A DNA stretch of 64,000 bases from NCBI GenBank assembly GCA_050953085.1, contig JBMNLX010000005.1, positions 65,800 through 129,799 of the forward strand, written 5' to 3'. The notes below the pieces were generated by a model, which worked only from the letters and a program-made list of their open reading frames with translations, did no database searches and had not been told where the DNA came from. This DNA comes from Bacilli bacterium. GTDB taxonomy: Bacteria; Bacillota_I; Bacilli_A; ML615J-28; CAG-698. Each line of letters starts with the position of its first letter. The first letter of the stretch is position 1. Of the stretch, positions 29,130 through 39,310 are shown one piece after another. A program made the position numbers and the translations under genes.

Positions 29130-30135
29130 TATACAGCAGCTCCAATACTTCGGGTTTAATCTTTTTCAAGGCGAGACCCTTGTTTTTTATATTATCCAGA
29201 AACGTTCCCCCGACTCCCTCCGCGGCCTTCCCGTCAAAAAACATCGGCAATGTTTTAATAATAATAATCAAATCGCGAAAAAAACGATATCGGCTGATGT
29301 AGAGCAAATCAAAATGCAATTTATCCACATAGCCGGCGTTGTAACGGCAATTGATTTGCGCGAGTCCGGTAATTCCCGCCTTGACGTTAAACCGGTAACG
29401 ATAATAATCATTTTCTTTTTCATAAGTTTCCACAAAGCATTTTCTTTCCGGTCGCGGGCCAACCAACGACATATCTCCGATTAACACGTTGAAAATTTGC
29501 GGCAATTCGTCCAACCGGGATTTTCTCAGGAACTTCCCGATTTTCGTGACGCGGTCGTCATTAGCCGACGACAGCGTCGCGCCCGTGTTTTTTTCCGCGT
29601 TGTCAATCATCGTCCGAAACTTAAGCATGACGAATTCCCGGTGATTTACGGTAAGCCGCCTTTGCTTGTAAATAGCCGGGCCGGGGTCATAAATTTTAAT
29701 CGCGATAAATATCGTAGCCATTAACGGGAAAAATACAATTATCATCAAAAGGGAAAAAATAAAATCGAATACTCTTTTTACGGCTTTTTGACTCCATGTG
29801 AGCCTGAAACTAGATAAGGGGCAGGATAGGATATTTCCTTTTTTATAGAAACATTTTTTGCCGGCAAGCGTCATAATAGCCGGAATGACCGCTAAATCAA
29901 TCCCCTTTTTTAAGCAATAATGAAAAATCTCCTCCTTATAGTTTCGGTCCAAATTATCGTCTATATACAAACAATCAATCGAATCGAGAGCGTTTAGATC
30001 AACATTTTCCCACGCCAAAAATACAATACGTATTTTTTTGTTATCAAGCAGCGGAATGACGCGCTCCTTAATAGCTTCATCAATACCGATTATTGCAATT
30101 CGGGTCATAATTTCACCGGTCTTAGTTTTAGGCAA
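29107..30135 (-). CDS. Undecaprenyl-phosphate sugar phosphotransferase (bacterial sugar transferase, WbaP/CpsE-like)
   Basis: The C-terminal catalytic domain reads 'LDELPQIFNVLIGDMSLVGPRPE...AGITGLAQI'. The N-terminal domain is CoA-binding-like. Confidence 0.85.
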   Translation of the reverse strand: MPKTKTGEIMTRIAIIGIDEAIKERVIPLLDNKKIRIVFLAWENVDLNALDSIDCLYIDDNLDRNYKEEIFHYCLKKGIDLAVIPAIMTLAGKKCFYKKGNILSCPLSSFRLTWSQKAVKRVFDFIFSLLMIIVFFPLMATIFIAIKIYDPGPAIYKQRRLTVNHREFVMLKFRTMIDNAEKNTGATLSSANDDRVTKIGKFLRKSRLDELPQIFNVLIGDMSLVGPRPERKCFVETYEKENDYYRYRFNVKAGITGLAQINCRYNAGYVDKLHFDLLYISRYRFFRDLIIIIKTLPMFFDGKAAEGVGGTFLDNIKNKGLALKKIKPEVLELLYNEEKNHY

Positions 30136-30180
30136 AAAAAAAAGTTTATGCGATTAAAAGCATAAACTTTTCTTTCGAAC
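30136..30180 (-). terminator. Hairpin plus U-run between the capD-like gene and the sugar transferase gene
   Basis: On the minus strand the sequence is AAGTTTATGC-TTTTAATC-GCATAAACTT followed by T9. Confidence 0.45.
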
Positions 30181-30192
30181 TTCAGCATAGAT

Positions 30193-32025
30193 TTATTCGG
30201 GATGATAATCAAGATTATACGAGGAATTCATGCGATGAAGCATATTCTTGATTTCTTGATTGCTGGCTCGGTCAATAATCCCGTTTATTTCTTCGATGTA
30301 TTTTTCAATATTAACGATTTCTTTTTTTTCTTCGATATAGATTTTATTATTCGCGGTTTTAATGTTCTTGCTTACGTCAAGCAATAATTCCTCGAAAAGC
30401 TTTTCGCCCGGGCGCAGGCCGATAAATTCAATCTTGATATCACGGTTGGGAATCAACCCGGCAAGCCGGATCATTCGATCGGCCAAATCAACAATTTTAA
30501 CGGGCTCGCCCATATCTAAAATAAATATCTCCCCGCCTTTGGCGTAAACCGCGGACTGTAAAATCAGGCTAACGGCCTCGGTAATCGTCATAAAGAACCG
30601 GGTAATTTCGGGATGAGTTATCGTTATCGGCCCGCCTTCCTCGATTTGTTTTTTGAAAAGCGGAATGACGCTGCCGTGACTGCCGAGAACGTTCCCGAAA
30701 CGGACGGCGGCGTAATCGGTCGCGCTAATCGAGTCAAAATACTGCACGATTTGCTCGCAAATAGCTTTTGTGGCGCCCATCACGTTCGTCGGCCGAACCG
30801 CTTTGTCGCTTGACACCAAAATCATCTTCTCGCATTGATATTCGTCGGCGATTTTCGCGACATTATATGTTCCGAGAATATTGGTTCTGATCGCCTCAAC
30901 CGGATTAAATTCCATCAGCGGAACGTGCTTGTAAGCGGCGGCGTGGAAAATAAGCTGCGGCCGGTAACGATCAAAGACATCTTTTAACCGCTTGTAATTA
31001 TACACGCTGCCAATAATCACGACCAAGCGGGTTGGGAGTTTCTCGAGCTTGATTCTTTTCTCCAGTTCGATTTGCGTTTCATAAGTCGTGTTTTCATAAA
31101 TGTCGAACATGACGAGCGTATGAGGGTTCAGACCCAGGATTTGATGGCATAATTCCGAACCGATTGAACCCCCGGCGCCGGTGACGATAACCGACTTGCC
31201 GCGGATAAGTTGATTTAGCCCGTCATTGTCCAGTTCGATCACGCCCCGGTTTAATAAATCCTCGATTTTTACATCGACGATTTTCCGGTAGTCATCCGAT
31301 TCCACTTCAAGCATCAAAGGCAATCTTTTTATTTTAACGCTCTTCGTCGAGATAATTTCAATAATCTCGCTTAATCGTAATTTGTTAATATTGGCGATCG
31401 CAATAATTACTTCTTTAATTTTATATTTATCGATATATTCCGGAATATTGGAAATCGGTCCCAAAATCGGAAGCCCGTTTAGGCGATTATATTTCTTTTC
31501 CGGGCTGTCATCAACAAAGGCGATAATTTTATTGTGAAGACGGTCGTTCTTCTGAACTTCTTCATAGACAAATTTTCCCGCTGAGCCAGCGCCGATAATG
31601 AGCGTGTTTATGTATTTGTTGCCGTTGGAGAAATAACTGCGCGTCACAAGCCAACTGTAAATCCGCCGTATGAAGCGAACAAGCGTCATCAATAATACTT
31701 CCAAAGGCGTCGAATAGAAAAAAATAACCCATTCTATATCATACCCGATGACATCAAGCAAGAAAAAAATAACGACATTGCTAATAAATACAGCGAAACA
31801 AATGCGGAAGAACTCGTTCGCCCCGACATGCTTGAGGAGCATGTTATATAAGCGGAACAACGCGTACACCCCGATTTTAATGGATGTCGCTATAAGAATT
31901 ATAATAAAAAAGGGATCCGATATTTCTTCGGCGATTAAGCGCATGCCTAAAAAAAATGTGAAAAATATAATCGCGATATCGCCGAGAACCAAACCCAATA
32001 TTTTAAAGAACGTTATTTTTCTCAT
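30193..32025 (-). CDS. Polysaccharide biosynthesis protein CapD/WbpM/FlaA1 family (membrane-anchored UDP-sugar 4,6-dehydratase)
   Basis: It has 4 N-terminal TM helices. Two Rossmann motifs are present: 'IIGAGSAGKF' and 'VTGAGGSIGSELCHQI'. The epimerase/dehydratase core follows. Confidence 0.85.
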   Translation of the reverse strand: MRKITFFKILGLVLGDIAIIFFTFFLGMRLIAEEISDPFFIIILIATSIKIGVYALFRLYNMLLKHVGANEFFRICFAVFISNVVIFFLLDVIGYDIEWVIFFYSTPLEVLLMTLVRFIRRIYSWLVTRSYFSNGNKYINTLIIGAGSAGKFVYEEVQKNDRLHNKIIAFVDDSPEKKYNRLNGLPILGPISNIPEYIDKYKIKEVIIAIANINKLRLSEIIEIISTKSVKIKRLPLMLEVESDDYRKIVDVKIEDLLNRGVIELDNDGLNQLIRGKSVIVTGAGGSIGSELCHQILGLNPHTLVMFDIYENTTYETQIELEKRIKLEKLPTRLVVIIGSVYNYKRLKDVFDRYRPQLIFHAAAYKHVPLMEFNPVEAIRTNILGTYNVAKIADEYQCEKMILVSSDKAVRPTNVMGATKAICEQIVQYFDSISATDYAAVRFGNVLGSHGSVIPLFKKQIEEGGPITITHPEITRFFMTITEAVSLILQSAVYAKGGEIFILDMGEPVKIVDLADRMIRLAGLIPNRDIKIEFIGLRPGEKLFEELLLDVSKNIKTANNKIYIEEKKEIVNIEKYIEEINGIIDRASNQEIKNMLHRMNSSYNLDYHPE

Positions 32026-32137
32026 ACTTTCGCCTCTATTATTCTTTCATATATTATACCAATAATTTGGGTGAAAAACAATAGTTATTAATTTATAACA
32101 TAAAAAAACATCCCCGATAAAACGGGAACGTTTTTTC

Positions 32138-32767
32138 TTATTTCGTTCCGAACAAGCGATCGCCGCAATCCCCGAGTCCGGGAACGATAAAACCGTGTTC
32201 GTTTAGCTTTTCATCCAAGGCAGCTAAGAAAATATTGACGTCGGGATGAGATTGTTGGATTTTACGAACTCCTTCCGGCGCGCCAACCAACCCGACATAA
32301 CTAATGTCGGTAACGCCTTTGCTTTTCAAAATATCTATGGCATGCTTGACGCTGCCACCGGTCGCGAGCATTGGGTCGACGACCAAAACGGAGGCTTCCG
32401 AAACGATCCCCGGCAATTTCGCATAGTACTCGTGCGGCTCAAGCGTCCCCTCGTCGCGGTAAACGCCGATGTGCCCCACTTTTGCCGTCGGGATTAATGT
32501 CGTAATGCTATCGACCATTCCGAGGCCAGCCCGTAAAATGGGCACGATAACCACTTCTTTGGCCAGGACATATACTTCGGCTAACCCAACCGGCGTCTTC
32601 ACGCTCATCTTTCGGGTCGGGAGATCTCTCGTAACTTCATAAGCCATCAACATCGCGACTTCGGCGACCGTTTGCCGGAAATCCTTGGTTCCCGTCTTCT
32701 CGTCACGGATTAAAGCCAATTTGTGATGGATCAACGGATGATTCAAAATAATTAATTTCCCACTCAT
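32138..32767 (-). CDS. upp: Uracil phosphoribosyltransferase
   Basis: The sequence '[40 protein letters not shown] ... DPMLATGGS' matches Upp. Confidence 0.95.
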   Translation of the reverse strand: MSGKLIILNHPLIHHKLALIRDEKTGTKDFRQTVAEVAMLMAYEVTRDLPTRKMSVKTPVGLAEVYVLAKEVVIVPILRAGLGMVDSITTLIPTAKVGHIGVYRDEGTLEPHEYYAKLPGIVSEASVLVVDPMLATGGSVKHAIDILKSKGVTDISYVGLVGAPEGVRKIQQSHPDVNIFLAALDEKLNEHGFIVPGLGDCGDRLFGTK

Positions 32768-33207
32768 AATTCTTTTTCCCTTTCTATAATCATATCGACT
32801 CGTCTTTTATGCCTGCCGCCTTCAAAATCGGTATTTAAAAAGGTCTCCACAAAAAGACAAGCGTCCTCAAAACTAGTGTAATCCGCTGCCAGGCAGATGA
32901 TATTACAGTCGTTATGGGCGCGAGCGGAAGCCGCGGTTTTTTTATTTCCGACCAGGCCGGCGCGTATTCCCGGATATTTGTTTGCATAAATAGACATGCC
33001 AATTCCGGTTCTGCAAATCAGAATCCCGTAGTCGGATGATTTGTTAATGACGTCTTCGCAAACAAATCTCCCGTATACCGGATAATCAACGCTTTCAACG
33101 CTCGGACAGCCGTGATCGACTACTTCATACCCGCGTTCACGCAAATAATCGACTAAGTCAGTCCTCAAATTGAATCCGCCGTGATCGCTAGCGATGCTGA
33201 TTTTCAT
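32764..33207 (-). CDS. rpiB: Ribose-5-phosphate isomerase B
   Basis: The sequence '[33 protein letters not shown] ... [14 protein letters not shown]' matches RpiB. Confidence 0.9.
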   Translation of the reverse strand: MKISIASDHGGFNLRTDLVDYLRERGYEVVDHGCPSVESVDYPVYGRFVCEDVINKSSDYGILICRTGIGMSIYANKYPGIRAGLVGNKKTAASARAHNDCNIICLAADYTSFEDACLFVETFLNTDFEGGRHKRRVDMIIEREKEL

Positions 33208-33345
33208 TTATTCACCTCTTTAGTTAGTAATTATACCACAACACTTTATGTTTTTCCACAAAAAAATAAATTTTATGCCATGGGAATACGAAATGTTTTA
33301 TTTATTAAATAACGAGCCAACATAAGTTTCTGTTGACTCGTTAAT

Positions 33346-33837
33346 TTATGACTCGCAATAATAACTCAGTCTGCTTTCGTCAATATTTTTTAAAGTCTCC
33401 AAATAGCAACCCGCGTAATGTTTCGCCTTTTCCAAACTCATATCCCGATAGTTTCCGCACTCTTCCGGCTTCGCTCCCGGTATTTCCCCTTGATACCTCA
33501 CGATAAAATCAAAAAGCTCAATAATTAACGGAAGAACAGCCGTTGAAGTCAAATTTCCATGGAGAATGAGATAAAAACCGGTTCGACACCCCATCGGTCC
33601 GAAGTAAATAACCTTGTCACTCCACTCCTGATGATTACGAAGATAAACGGCACCCAAATGTTCGATGGCATGAATGCCATCCGTATCAAGCACGGGTTCT
33701 CTGTTGGGGGCAGTCATGCGAATATCAAAAGTTGTGAGAACGACATTATTCAAATAATCTTTTCTTGAAACATAGAACCCGGGTTGAAGCGTTAGATGGT
33801 TAACGGTAAAGCTGGGTATGTTATTCATAATTATCAC
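33346..33837 (-). CDS. luxS: S-ribosylhomocysteine lyase LuxS
   Basis: The sequence 'FTVNHLTLQPGFYVSRKD ... HAIEHLGAVYLRN ... GPMGCRTGFYL' contains the LuxS metal-binding HxxEH motif. Confidence 0.9.
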   Translation of the reverse strand: MIIMNNIPSFTVNHLTLQPGFYVSRKDYLNNVVLTTFDIRMTAPNREPVLDTDGIHAIEHLGAVYLRNHQEWSDKVIYFGPMGCRTGFYLILHGNLTSTAVLPLIIELFDFIVRYQGEIPGAKPEECGNYRDMSLEKAKHYAGCYLETLKNIDESRLSYYCES

Positions 33838-33843
33838 CGCGTT

Positions 33844-34275
33844 TCATGCTATATCATATTTTAAAACGACCGCGTTTTTAAATTTTGTGTCATTAAGATT
33901 AACTTCATCAATGTAAACGTCATTATTCTCAATTTCATAAAAGCCAATATGCTTAAAGATAATCCTGGCCTCTTTTTTTACAACGATCGCAATCAAATGT
34001 TTTACAGCCTTTTTTTTGGCTTTGTTAACAATTTTCTCGAACAATTCCATAATCAAATCATCAGTTATCGATTGGCGAAAAATAAAATAACGAATCAGGG
34101 CGTTGTCATTAAATTCTTCGAAAGAAAGCGTGCCGATGATTTGCTTGTCATATACGAATTCGCCGTTCATTAACGCTTCTTCGTTTATATCGCCAATGAG
34201 CGACACTTCTTTAAGGAATTCCGCAACATCGTTTTTGTTTTCCTCATTGACCGATATAATCTCCAAAAAATTCAC
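33844..34275 (-). CDS. Hypothetical protein (143 aa), small alpha/beta domain; sits in the positional slot of B. subtilis ywlA/ywlB
   Basis: It is an ORF with coding-like composition between luxS and spoIIR. I recognise no decisive motif. Confidence 0.4.
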   Translation of the reverse strand: MNFLEIISVNEENKNDVAEFLKEVSLIGDINEEALMNGEFVYDKQIIGTLSFEEFNDNALIRYFIFRQSITDDLIMELFEKIVNKAKKKAVKHLIAIVVKKEARIIFKHIGFYEIENNDVYIDEVNLNDTKFKNAVVLKYDIA

Positions 34276-34296
34276 CTCAAAAACAATATATGCGTC

Positions 34297-34788
34297 TTAT
34301 CCTCCTAAAAGAAGTTTTTTTAATTTCTCCCAGAAATAAAATTCATATTCAATATCGCCGCTTTCGGCATCCTCAAACGAGATTCCGTGATAATCGGGAT
34401 AAAGCAGGCTCCACCAGTTCTTGCCTTCGCCCTTTCCGATTACGACCAATAAAGTCCGGTATTTACCGCCGGGAATCACTCGGCCGTTTATTGTCTTCGC
34501 CGGGTACTTAATTTTTTTGATCGATAACAGATAATTATCATGACGCAGGACCCTTTTAACGTCGGCTTCCAAAATATCGATATTTGCGATTACCTCGCCG
34601 GCAATATCGTTTTGATCGAAGCCGGCGATCCTTTTTTGTAACGCGCTGACAACGGCCATTTTTTCGTTTTGATCGGCCGATGAGTCGCTATTGGCGATGA
34701 CGCGGATTCTAAATTCGTTGTTTTCCTCCGGGATAAGCAAGATGATGGCTATAATGACGATAACAATTAAAAATACCTTTTTGCGCAT
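34297..34788 (-). CDS. spoIIR: Stage II sporulation protein R (SpoIIR family)
   Basis: A signal peptide is followed by 'FRIRVIANSDS..DQ' and 'GEGKNWWSLLYP', the hallmark SpoIIR motifs. Confidence 0.75.
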   Translation of the reverse strand: MRKKVFLIVIVIIAIILLIPEENNEFRIRVIANSDSSADQNEKMAVVSALQKRIAGFDQNDIAGEVIANIDILEADVKRVLRHDNYLLSIKKIKYPAKTINGRVIPGGKYRTLLVVIGKGEGKNWWSLLYPDYHGISFEDAESGDIEYEFYFWEKLKKLLLGG

Positions 34789-34831
34789 ATAATCACCTTT
34801 TTATATTATTGGTGATTATTGCCATTTTATA

Positions 34832-35383
34832 CTATAATTTTATGCTTCCCTCTCTGATAACCACTATGTCGCCCCCCGCTAAATCGACCACAGTGGAAGG
34901 CTCGCCGAGCAAATCCCAGGGGTCGCTGATAAAATAATCAATGTCGTTCCCGAACCTGCTTTCGATTTCCTCATAATCATTCAATTCCGGTTCGCCGCTT
35001 TCGTTAACGGAGGTTGTGGCTAACGGCCCGAAACGGGAGAGCAAACGCAGGGCGGGCAGACAATCGGGCATCCGGAACGCGACTTTATTTTTTCCGGCGG
35101 GAAAAATGATCGTCAGAGGACCGGGCCAGAAACGTTCTATGAGATCACTTGCAAGGGGCGTGATTTCAATCCCCAGCGCTTTGATTTGCTCGATGCCGCC
35201 GCACAGATTAGCGATCGGCTTATCGCCGCGACGGTTTTTGAGACGAAATATTTTCTCGATCGCTTCCCGGTCATCATACAGGGCTCCGATCCCGTAAACC
35301 GTGTCGGTGGGAAAACAAATTACCTTTCCGCGCAAGTCGGCCTTGTTTAATTTTATAATTTCGTCTACTCGGATTTTTTCCAT
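34832..35383 (-). CDS. tsaC: L-threonylcarbamoyladenylate synthase (TsaC/YwlC/Sua5 family)
   Basis: The sequence 'KVICFPTDTVYGIGALYDDREAIEKIFRLKNRRGDKPIANL' matches the family. Confidence 0.85.
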   Translation of the reverse strand: MEKIRVDEIIKLNKADLRGKVICFPTDTVYGIGALYDDREAIEKIFRLKNRRGDKPIANLCGGIEQIKALGIEITPLASDLIERFWPGPLTIIFPAGKNKVAFRMPDCLPALRLLSRFGPLATTSVNESGEPELNDYEEIESRFGNDIDYFISDPWDLLGEPSTVVDLAGGDIVVIREGSIKL

Positions 35384-36351
35384 AGTTCGCTTACTTCATA
35401 TAAATAATCATCTTGGGTGATTGTTTTTTGCTCCTTAAGGCGCATTAACTCCAACATGATTTTATTCTTTTCTTCAGAATCTATAATCCGATAATCGGTG
35501 ATAAATCCCAATTCCTGCAAATGTTTTTTTATATTGAAGTCGCTTCTTACATCCTCGTCGCGAGCCCACGAATAATGAGGAACGTAGTTTTCCGCGTATG
35601 TTCCCGTTGTGGCTTCGCCGCTGTCCTCGTCTTCCGTCAAACTTTCCGCCTCGGCGGGGAAATATTCTTCCAATTCATTTTCTTTTTCTTGCAGGCTTTT
35701 TTCCACCGAGAGAATGAATTCCTTAAAGTTGAAAACATTCTTTTTCCGTTCGGATTCGGAAAACATGCCTTTGCGCTTTTTGTAATAAATCAATATCACT
35801 AACACGCAAGCGATAATAATCACCGCCGCAACAATCGCGATAATTCCCAACGGAGGAATAACGGCGCTTCTTAACGGCAACAGTTTTGCGGTTTTTATGC
35901 CGTTGCCTTGGCCTTGTTGTAAATCGGAGAGATTACTAAACTCTTCCGGGGAAAAGACTTTTATATTTTTAAAATCGTCAGTCCCCAAGGATTGCCGGAT
36001 ATTATTTTTATCATAAACGACAAGGGAAAATACGTCGCCGCTTTTCAGCGACAGAGCCACGACCTGCACGTCGTTTCGAGAGTTTGTCTCCAGACGGTAT
36101 AATTTATTGTTTAACTCAATCCGCAATTGATAATCTTTGGGCGTTTCGTTATAGAAACAGATAGCGTAATAGACTTTATCGTTGAATACGCCGTAATAAA
36201 CTTTGATCGCGTAATTGACGCCCGAATATTCGTCTCCCAACAAGCGATATTCCTCGTATGCGTCGCTAACTTTTTCATCAAATTCTGTTATAAAATCATC
36301 GCGAAACGAAGACATCGCGATTAGCGATAATGTCAATAAGATATATTTCAT
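35365..36351 (-). CDS. Bitopic membrane protein, hypothetical (signal peptide, extracytoplasmic domain, one TM, acidic cytoplasmic tail)
   Basis: The N-terminus is 'MKYILLTLSLIAMS'. The TM is 'IPPLGIIAIVAAVIIIACVLVILIYY'. I have no family assignment. Confidence 0.45.
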   Translation of the reverse strand: MKYILLTLSLIAMSSFRDDFITEFDEKVSDAYEEYRLLGDEYSGVNYAIKVYYGVFNDKVYYAICFYNETPKDYQLRIELNNKLYRLETNSRNDVQVVALSLKSGDVFSLVVYDKNNIRQSLGTDDFKNIKVFSPEEFSNLSDLQQGQGNGIKTAKLLPLRSAVIPPLGIIAIVAAVIIIACVLVILIYYKKRKGMFSESERKKNVFNFKEFILSVEKSLQEKENELEEYFPAEAESLTEDEDSGEATTGTYAENYVPHYSWARDEDVRSDFNIKKHLQELGFITDYRIIDSEEKNKIMLELMRLKEQKTITQDDYLYEVSELWKKSE

Positions 36352-36360
36352 ATTAAACCT

Positions 36361-37197
36361 CTAATCAGTTTTTATAATCATAACCCGATCGCGGTCGCTT
36401 AAGTCTTTTTCGACCGTCGCGCGGCCGGCAAGCCCCGATTTTGCCGCCAACGCCATGATCTCGTTTTTTTTGTTCGCGGGAATCTCCAAAATAATTATCC
36501 CCGCTTTTTTAAGATACCCCCGCGCCTCATCAAAAATCCGCGAATAAAAACGCAGACCTTGATCCGGCGCGTATAGAGCGCCGGGCGGCTCGTTGTCGCG
36601 AACGATCGGCTCGGCTTCGTGCTCGCCAGCCAAATACGGGGGGTTGGAGACAATAGCGTCATATTTTCCGGTAACTTCAGCAAATAAATCGCTTAAGATA
36701 AAACTTATTTCAAGATTATAATCCCGCGCGTTCTCGGCGGCCGTTTTCAGCGCCGCGGGCGAGATGTCGACCGCCGCGATATTGCTCGCCGGCAGGTTTT
36801 TCTTCAGCGCCAAGGCAATCGCGCCGCTCCCGCAGCAAAGATCCAATATCGCCGGGTTATCATACCCGCGCAACCGGTCGAGGGCAATATCGACCAATAT
36901 TTCCGTCTCCGGCCGGGGTATCAACACCGACTCGTTCACCTTAAGTCTCAGACCATAAAAATGGGCGAAACCGAAGATATATTGAACCGGGATATTTTTC
37001 TCCGCGTAAGCGGAAAAATTCTTGATTATTTTTTCGCGCGTTCCCGCGGGCGTCGGCGAATCAAAATTCATAATAAGTTCGCTAAGAGTAAACCCGGTCG
37101 TTTCCAAAATAATAATTTTTACCGCGCTTTCCTCTTTCCCGAGAGTATTCGCTTTTTCTTTAAGCTCGTTGTACAGCCGTCGATATGTCATCGTCAT
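36361..37197 (-). CDS. prmC: Release factor glutamine methyltransferase PrmC (HemK)
   Basis: The SAM motif 'ILDLCCGSGAIALAL' and the catalytic 'IVSNPPY' motif are present. Confidence 0.9.
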   Translation of the reverse strand: MTMTYRRLYNELKEKANTLGKEESAVKIIILETTGFTLSELIMNFDSPTPAGTREKIIKNFSAYAEKNIPVQYIFGFAHFYGLRLKVNESVLIPRPETEILVDIALDRLRGYDNPAILDLCCGSGAIALALKKNLPASNIAAVDISPAALKTAAENARDYNLEISFILSDLFAEVTGKYDAIVSNPPYLAGEHEAEPIVRDNEPPGALYAPDQGLRFYSRIFDEARGYLKKAGIIILEIPANKKNEIMALAAKSGLAGRATVEKDLSDRDRVMIIKTD

Positions 37198-38213
37198 TCC
37201 CCGACATATCTTTTATCCGCAATGTTTAACATGCAGAGAATCTCGTGCGGTACGGTATTTAAATAACTAGCCATCTCGCTCACCGTAAGCTCAGGCGATG
37301 TAATAATGAATTCCGTTTCGGTATCAACAGTCTCGTCAACCCGGGCAAATAAGTGATTCATGCATACCTTGCCGACGGTCGGGAAACGTTTCTTGTTCGC
37401 CATAACGGGAAAACCCGCGAGACTCCGTCGAAAACCGTTATAATAACCAATCGGAAGAACGGCGATGATTTCGTCCGCTTGGGCGCGATACGCGCGGTCA
37501 TAACCGACGGTCTCGCCTTTTTTTATTTTCCGGACGGCCAGCGGTTTTGTGATGATTCTTATTATTTGCTCCGTGTTTTGCTGCGCGCCGTAAAGATCAA
37601 TACCGACGCGAATATAATTTCCGCATGCGATCGAATCGTAAGTGATGCTGGCCGCGCAATGAATACATTCGAATTTCTGCTCGCCTATATACTCGGCAAA
37701 TTTTTTTTCCTGAAGCCGGGCGTTTTCCTTATCGGTAAAATGCGTGTATATGCCTTCGGGACGAAAAGCGGGATTTCCGGCAATGAGCCGATAAGACTCC
37801 CGGTATTCCGCTATATCGGAAAACCCGAGGCGATTCATCCCGGTATCGATTTGAAAATGAACCTTGACGGGACGTTTGAAAGAATAAGCGCGCAAACCTC
37901 TGGCTTCTTCAAGCGAATTGACGGTTATCGCGAAATTCCCATACCGATCGACCAAAGGGTAGTCGGCGGGGTCTATGCCGTTTAAAATCAAAATGTCAGC
38001 ATCGATCCCGGCGTCGGCCAAACGAATGGCTTCCCGAATGTCGACGACCGCCATCAGGGAAATGCCTTGCTTGGATAAGAATCGGGCGATCCGCTCGTCT
38101 CCCAAACGGTAGGCGTCGCTTTTAATAACCGGGATCACTTTCTTCCCGGATGCTTTGGCGACCTTCTCGAGATTATCTTTAAGCTTTCCTAAATCGATTT
38201 CGATATACAGCAT
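37194..38213 (-). CDS. alr: Alanine racemase-family PLP enzyme (short, 339 aa)
   Basis: The PLP-lysine region reads 'VIPVIKSDAYRLGD'. The motifs 'VHFQIDTGMNRLGF' and 'GETVGYDRAY' are present. Confidence 0.7.
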   Translation of the reverse strand: MLYIEIDLGKLKDNLEKVAKASGKKVIPVIKSDAYRLGDERIARFLSKQGISLMAVVDIREAIRLADAGIDADILILNGIDPADYPLVDRYGNFAITVNSLEEARGLRAYSFKRPVKVHFQIDTGMNRLGFSDIAEYRESYRLIAGNPAFRPEGIYTHFTDKENARLQEKKFAEYIGEQKFECIHCAASITYDSIACGNYIRVGIDLYGAQQNTEQIIRIITKPLAVRKIKKGETVGYDRAYRAQADEIIAVLPIGYYNGFRRSLAGFPVMANKKRFPTVGKVCMNHLFARVDETVDTETEFIITSPELTVSEMASYLNTVPHEILCMLNIADKRYVGE

Positions 38214-38227
38214 AAACGACTCCGGTT

Positions 38228-39301
38228 TTATTTTGCCTGCGCGAGCATTTGCTTTTGGTTTTCAAGCAACAAAGCGTCGATAATAATATCCAATTTACCT
38301 TCCATTATCCGGTCAAGTTGTTGTACGGTAAGGCCGATCCGATGGTCGGTAACCCGGTTCTGCGGGTAATTATAGGTTCTTATCTTCTCGCTGCGGTCGC
38401 CATGGCCGATTTTCGCCAGTCTTTCCTGCCCCTCTTTCTCCAACTGCTCCTGGAGCAGGCGGTCATAGAGGCGGGTCCGCAGCATTTTTAAGGCGTTGGC
38501 TTTGTTTTCATGCTGCGATTTCGCGTCTTGGCACGCCGCGACCACGCCCGTGGGGATATGCGTGGCCCGGACGGCGGATTTAGTCGTATTCACGCTTTGC
38601 CCGCCGGGCCCGGAAGAGCAATATACGTCGATCCGGACATCGGCCATGTTAAGTTCGAAGTCAATCTCATCGGCCTCGGGCATTACAAGCACCGTGGCGG
38701 TTGAAGTGTGAATCCTGCCCTGCGATTCGGTAACCGGAACCCGTTGAACGCGGTGCGCTCCCGATTCGTATTTTAATAACGAATAAACGCGGTCGCCCTC
38801 GATTTTAAATTCTATCAAGGAAAAACCGCCGCGTTCGGCCTCATAAGCGCTTAACACTTCAATCTTCCAGCCTTTTTCGGTGGCGTACCGCGAATACATC
38901 CGGAATAAGTCGCCCGCGAAAATATTGGCTTCGTCCCCTCCGGCGGCGCCCCTTATTTCCACAATAACGTTCTTTTCGTCATTGGGGTCTTTCGGCAGCA
39001 AAAGAATTTTCAATTCCTCTTCTAGCTCTCTTGTCCGCAAATTCAATTCTTCTTTTTCGGCGCGGGCAAGCTCGGCGATTTCTTTATCCCCGGAGCCCGC
39101 CAGTTCCTGAAGATCGGCAATCTGTTTTATGGCGATCTTATATTCGCGATATAAGTGCACCGTTTTCTCAAGCGCGCGCTGGCGGCGCATTAATTCCGTC
39201 ATTTTTTTTATATCGCTTATGACTTCCTCTTTTTGCAAGTCTTCATTAATCTTCTCATATTCTTTTTCCAGTAATTCAAGTCTTTCTTGCAAATTGTTCA
39301 C
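38228..39301 (-). CDS. prfA: Peptide chain release factor 1
   Basis: The GGQ motif 'SGPGGQSVNTT' is present. The PxT-type region 'RVQRVPVTESQGRIHTS' is present. Confidence 0.95.
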   Translation of the reverse strand: MNNLQERLELLEKEYEKINEDLQKEEVISDIKKMTELMRRQRALEKTVHLYREYKIAIKQIADLQELAGSGDKEIAELARAEKEELNLRTRELEEELKILLLPKDPNDEKNVIVEIRGAAGGDEANIFAGDLFRMYSRYATEKGWKIEVLSAYEAERGGFSLIEFKIEGDRVYSLLKYESGAHRVQRVPVTESQGRIHTSTATVLVMPEADEIDFELNMADVRIDVYCSSGPGGQSVNTTKSAVRATHIPTGVVAACQDAKSQHENKANALKMLRTRLYDRLLQEQLEKEGQERLAKIGHGDRSEKIRTYNYPQNRVTDHRIGLTVQQLDRIMEGKLDIIIDALLLENQKQMLAQAK

Positions 39302-39310
39302 CCCTTATTA

